Assembly (NCBI GenBank): GCA_900088475.1
Contig: FLMG01003597.1
Location: 1 to 36,020 of the forward strand
DNA from: Hyphochytrium catenoides
Lineage: Eukaryota > Protista > Hyphochytriomycota
Length of the DNA stretch: 36,020 nucleotides
Reading direction: 5' to 3'
Numbering within the stretch: position 1 is the stretch's first letter; each line of letters begins with the position of its first letter. A program made the translations under genes and the position numbers. This document shows, piece by piece, positions 30,701 to 36,020 of the stretch. Below the pieces are notes generated by a model. The model was not told the origin of the DNA, ran no database searches, and saw nothing but the letters and a program-made list of their open reading frames with translations.

Positions 30701-32627
30701 CCTCTAGGATATCCCTCTTTAGGCTGCATGTCCCCACCCAAAAGTGTCCCACCGCAGCTGACAGCCCTCAAGAAACTTACCTGAATCTTTGCTTCCATGG
30801 TCTTTTGTTGCTTCTCATTGTCCTTGACCCTGCCCTTCAGCTCATTCACCTCCTCTTGGAGTCCACTAACAGCAGAGGTCACCTCCTGCAAAGGCCCCAG
30901 CCAAATGGTAAACGAAGGACCAGCTAAAGAAGTTGCATAGTTGCAGACTTAGCTATTGAGAAGAGTTCGATGGTGGTCGGTAGAAGACCGGAGCTAAGAA
31001 AGGAGAGGCGACAGAATCTCAAAGTGACGGAGAGAAATCGGGAAGGAGAGAACCACCTTCCGAACTTCCACAATGTCGGCAACCTGCCGGTCAATAGAAC
31101 TTAGCGCCTTTCCTACTGAGTTTGAGACTTTGTTCTCTGACTGAAGAAGCTCCATGCGCATTTGGTCGACCTGCGAGAGGAGGTTAGGAGAAAGGCAGGG
31201 CAGGGAGAGAAGAGAGAATGGAAGAGAGAGTGTCACGAGAAGAATACCAGGAGGAGGAGACATAGTATTAACAGTGAGGAATAGAGCCATTTGTAGAGGC
31301 AGGTATCAGTCGTTTTCTAACGCCGCTAGCTTACCGTGGCGTTCAGCTTCTGGTCCAGCAGCTCATACTTCCGAGCATACTCCTCTCTTCGCATCTCATT
31401 AGCCTAACAACATAGATATGCCTTTTTAGAATGAAGTAGAGCCAGCTCCAGAGAAGCAATAGCCCGAACTAATGAGAAGGACGAAGCCCAACGTGAGAAG
31501 GAGGGAACATAACAGAGCCACAGACAAGGCTTGATGCATGTGGTGAGGACGGTATGCTATGGCTGAGACTGTCATGAAGGAAAGTAGAGGAGCATTGGGA
31601 GCTTTAGGTCGTAAGGGACGAGGGGACTCGCAGGCCACAAAGCCTCCGAGAGAGCCAAAAGCCAAGCTTTAATGCACATCAGAGCCACGAGCTTCGGCAT
31701 AGGTCAGAAGCCTAGAGGGAATAGAGTGGGCTGGCAACGATCGAAACAGAGTTGGCACAATTAGAAGGGGGACCAGACGACGGAGAATGTAGGGAAGAGT
31801 CACATAGGCTGAGCAGTTGTATTGAAAGGGATCGCCACCTCATCCATCACTCCTTTGAGCTTTGTTTCCAGCCCTCTGAGCTCTTCGCGCTGTGAATATC
31901 TTGCTGCCTCCGCAGCAGTCTTCATTCTTCCGTCCATGCTCTGCAGGCTTATGCTCAGCTTCTCTATCTCACTCTGTATCGTCTGATAGAATTGCGCTCT
32001 CTCTTGATCCCGAATCTCATTAAGCTTGTCCTACAGAGTTTGGGTTAGCTTACGCGGTCTACATCCTCTTCAAGAGCCCTGACAGAGTTACCTGCTCGTC
32101 TTCTCTATGGTCTATATGGTCTTCAGTCTTATTGACACGCTCATGCAACGTCTTGAGCTCCAGTGTGCACTCCTCCAATAAAGCCTCTGACTTGTTCATC
32201 CGGCTCTCCACGGCCTGGAGGTTCTTGTGACTCTCTGTGGCTTGCTGCTCATTTTGCTCCTGCGCAGTCTTGACTAAGCGGACGACGCTGGTCATCTTAT
32301 CATCAAGTCGAAAAAGGTCTTCTTGCAGCTGGTTCATCCTCTCATTAAAGCCCTGCACTGTCAGACATGCTATAGTTGTATGGAGACAATGTCAGTGAAG
32401 ATAGAATGCGCGTCACAATGAGAGACTGCACCTGCTGATACGCGCTCCAGCTGCACCTCAAGGTAGGAGAGATAGGCATTCCTATCGGTCAGGAGCTGGT
32501 CGTTTCCCGTATTGAAACGCACCGTCTTTGCTCCTTGCTTTGGCCCTCCTCCGCCATCAGAAGCCACAGGCACTGCTGCTCTGCCTCGTTTAAAGTCCTC
32601 GTAATAGGAACCCGTCGAATGTAACAT
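27763..32627 (-). CDS. Uncharacterised long coiled-coil protein (about 15 exons) with S/R/K-rich tail
   Basis: Exons from 32627-32432, 32369-32092, 32030-about 31839 through to about 28149-27763 join in frame by GT-AG introns. N-terminal motif AYLSYLEVQLERVSAACLTVQGFNERM, heptad-rich middle, low-complexity C-terminus. Confidence 0.82.
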
Positions 32628-33259
32628 CCTTCCTGCTTAGATAATACCCAGGCTGGCTACCACGCACCTAACTGCGCCATTGAGACCTCAAGCCGAGACG
32701 GAGTGCGTAAAGTCTTGAAGAAAAAGCTTCATCAGAACTCCACATCTGCAGTCTGGAGCTCCGTCTACGAGGAAGAAGACCGGCAGAAATCGGATTTTTG
32801 AAGCTTTTTCGGTTCTTTTTTGAGACTTCCTGGACAAAGCTGTTACAACGTCATCGTGGTTCTGAATAAGACTCCATCTATTGGGTTTTATTAGTAATAT
32901 ATTACTAATCACTATGGAATCTGCATGATGGAGTGGCACTGCCTGGCATAATGATGTTGATGACATTTTTTCTTTGTTCCCTTCCGCCGCTTCGTTCAAT
33001 GCTGGTCAGCTGGATCTTTAGGAGAAGCCGACAGCCAGCAGTTGCCAGGCAGCTGCGTAGGCACTATTATCTGGCTTTTCCTCTCCCAGCTACCTACGGC
33101 TCTCTTGGATTTTTGAAACCCCAGCTTTGGCTGATTCCTGAGCCAGCCGTCCCATGAGCCGAGTCCAGCAAAAGAGCTCGGCCCTTGTCTGAAAGCAGCG
33201 AACCAAAATCTAGGCCTCGCTTCATCTGCGGCAATAGGTCCTTTAGAGTGCTCTAAGAC

Positions 33260-36020
33260 TTATATGAACAGCTATATGGTTGTAGAGAGTCGGTCTCAAT
33301 GTGGTGAGAGTCGAGGGCCGAGGAACTAGATTCTGAAGCAGACGCGGACTATCCGACCCGGCAACTCCACTCGCCGGTGCATCTCCTTCCGTGTGGGGAC
33401 AGTATGCCGTTGCACAGCTCCTTATCGCTACTTACTCTTACTTTGACTAGAACTATAAACTCCGTCTCAGCTGTGCAGGTGAGTGGACAGTTTCCAGGTG
33501 AGTGGACATTCTCTACTGGCCGTCTGTCCTTGCCGCCATACACGCAATCGCGAGGTACTTAGGCCAAGAACGTGGCTTGATGATTGCTGTATCCTCAACC
33601 TCCCTTCCACTTCTGTCCAAGGATTTCGCTGATCTGTGTGATGTGCAAGAACAGCACGGCCTCAGAGTAGTGGGCGCGCTTGCTAGTCAACTTTGTGATG
33701 GCTAATGTCAGCAAAGACAAATTAGGAGGAAGAATAAGTTAGTGAGACGAGGATAGTCTGGGTGCATGACGACCAGGAAGATGTTGTGCATATCTTAAAG
33801 AGTCCTCTTAGTTATCTTTGCCACTATTTAGTCTTACATATGGTCAAGCTGCCGTGACGTGAGGAGCCTTTGAAGGCTGAGAGGGAGTCGTCTCAGTGAT
33901 GCAGCCAAGCCTCTCTCTCTGCGTGTCTATAGACACGTTAGGAGACTGGCGCGACTCTTCTCTGAGAATCATAGTAACTGAATAGTTCTAGGTAGTTTTG
34001 CTTCAATCATTTGTTCTAGAGCTTGACGGCGCTCTTCCCTTTTCTGGCACTTATAAACCTCTGCCTAGGATGGCGATGTTTCCCCTTAGCCAGCTCTCTT
34101 CTACCACTGGATTTTTATTTCTCTTCTGCTGATGTGAGCCCGTGATGTTTTCTAAAGTAAAAGAAGAATCTCTCTCGTTTGGCTCCTGTCATGCTCGGAA
34201 TGGGTCATTGGCGGTTCCTCCTCCTTCATCCTCAACCTACAGTCCAGGTGCCGAGATCTTTCTCGGTCTTCTCTTCTGACACGCAGACTCCTTCATCATA
34301 TCGAATCAAATCAAAAGGATGATGCACCTGTCTGACCTGCTCCCATCAGGTGTCGATGAAGCAGAGAAGAAGGGGTTCGGGAATATTCTCTTCCTCACTC
34401 TGTCTCTCTCTCGCTCGTTCTTTCTGTCTCCCGCATAATTTGCCGATGATTATAGTGCCAGGCGACCAATGTTCACGCACAAACAACCCGTACTGGCTGC
34501 TGTAGCAGCGACTGGAGGATGTCAACCAGTGAGGTTTCGCTAACTGCCCATTGGAGAAGAAGATAATGCCACTAATGGATGGGAAGGACTCTATGGAGAG
34601 AGGGTGGACTGTGTGGATACGGACACAAGGCTGAATAGCCCTTAATATTAGGAAAAATAGGACTTGCAAGAGAGAAGGGAGAGCAGAGAGAGAGAGAGAG
34701 AGAGAGAGACACACAAAGAGAGAAAGAAAGGAGAAAGAGAGAGAAGAGAGAGATAAAGAGCTCAGCGGAATCGAGCTATCCTCTATGTAAATAAAGAGTC
34801 CAGAGTTCCTCTGTAAGAAGATTACTTTTGGAAGTTCTTTATAAAGCTATGAAGTTCACTTCATGCAAGTACATCTTCGGCCACAACCACCATCAAAGGA
34901 AGAAATGCTGTTCTGCATCCTTTCTCTTTAGCGCCTTTCTCTGCCTTCTTAGTAGGTGATGCTGATGCATCATGGAGATCTTGGCTGACGCGTCGACCAC
35001 ACCTGCAAGGAAGGAAAGAGTGTAACTGAAAGCTATGACTTGTTCTCGTCTTTTTCTCTCTCTCTCTCTCTGCCTCTCTTCTGATCGCCAACAGGACTCT
35101 CATCCATGGGCTTTTATTATTGTGATGCCGCCCTCCGATCTTTCAAGGTCCAAGATATTGGAAGCGTGTCATGGACCATGGAAGATCGGAAGGAGGAGTG
35201 TCCCATAACTGAAGGGACGCGTCAAAAAGAGCGAGAGCGAGGGCTTCCTAGGGCCAAGAGCCTCAGAAAAAAATAGAGTCAGCAAAAGAGAGAACGTTGT
35301 CAAGCGAGAGAAAATAAAAAGTCTTGACGTGGTGGCAAGAAACTCCGAGGATAGCCAAAAAGGTAGAGCACAGGAAAGAAGATCAGCCACTCCTTTTGTC
35401 TTCTCCTCCAACGGATGATCGCAAAAAAGTAGGACAGGGAGAGGCAGGTGATGACGATGCCTGAGCAAGACTTTTGCAACTGTTGAGACTGATGAGTCAC
35501 CTACCTATCTCCCTCGTCTTGTCTCCATCTCTCTCTGTCTCTTTCTTCCTCTGCTGTGCTTGGTTGTCAACTACTCAGTTGGTCTTTACTTCTGTGTCAT
35601 TCTCCATATTGTGATGATGCAATGATACATCTGCTTGCAGGGAGGACGGGAGGGAAAGAATCAATGGGGATGAATGTGCCAGAGCAAAAATATAAGAGAG
35701 AAAGGAGGCAGAGAGGCTGCTGCGTCACGGCTCCCACCCCACCTTTCTTTTAGAAAGCCAGAAGAGGTAGGAGATGAAGGAGGAAGAGGAAAGACAGAAG
35801 CACTGGATTTGATGGAACCAGGAAACCTTAGCTCTGTAGCTGTGGAAAGGGAACGTTTCTAGGAAAGAGAAGACCAAAAGAGTGATGATGCCAGAGGGGT
35901 TACAAAGCGGCCAGCACTAGTAGGACCTGCGTACGGAGCAGAGGGAGAGGAAGGGAGACGATCTCATTCTCTGCGCCTCGCCTCTTTAGAGGAACGCGTG
36001 TTGGTTCCTTCTTCAAGTCA
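33260..36020. other. Unresolved exon-like fragments (possible pseudogene or genes)
   Basis: Splice-like junctions next to CT/GA tracts on both strands (e.g. + acceptor near 35094, - acceptors near 35631 and 35927), but every frame I tried hits stops or frameshifts. Confidence 0.2.
33476..33508 (+). repeat. 19-bp-period doublet, each copy containing a consensus 5' splice site CAG|GTGAGT
   Basis: caggtgagtggaca at 33476-33489 and 33495-33508. Confidence 0.85.

Noticed and set aside
33041-33053. X-box-like GTTGCCAGGCAGC upstream of the coiled-coil gene
   Set aside because: Imperfect match, and RFX factors are not expected in the inferred lineage.

Overview
Gene-dense, intron-rich nuclear DNA of a eukaryote, most likely a SAR-type protist (stramenopile/alveolate-like; inferred from protein variants, not database-checked). 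It uses the standard genetic code and GT-AG introns, many filled with (CT)n/(GA)n tracts; five short N gaps all lie in such tracts. Most ORFs in the supplied track are intron read-throughs or antisense shadows. Hand-splicing gives nine genes in strictly alternating orientation: RNI-type LRR/proline-rich protein (-, runs off the left edge), sigma-class GST (+), stand-alone Par3/HAL N-terminal-domain protein (-), CXXC-less DUF866/CZIB (+), Ppn1/SMPDL-like metallophosphoesterase (-), 902-aa coiled-coil protein (+), short DHHC palmitoyltransferase (-), RecQ helicase with a probable mitochondrial presequence (+), and a 15-exon coiled-coil protein (-). Regions ~1.9-6.3 kb and ~32.7-36 kb contain only broken, exon-like fragments that I could not resolve. 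I see no convincing new multi-gene system. The best leads are the organelle-targeted, winged-helix-less RecQ, a repeat-built element in the DHHC/RecQ divergent promoter, a possible RIP-like mutation patch, the GA/CT intron architecture, the strict strand alternation, and several proteins with altered family motifs.
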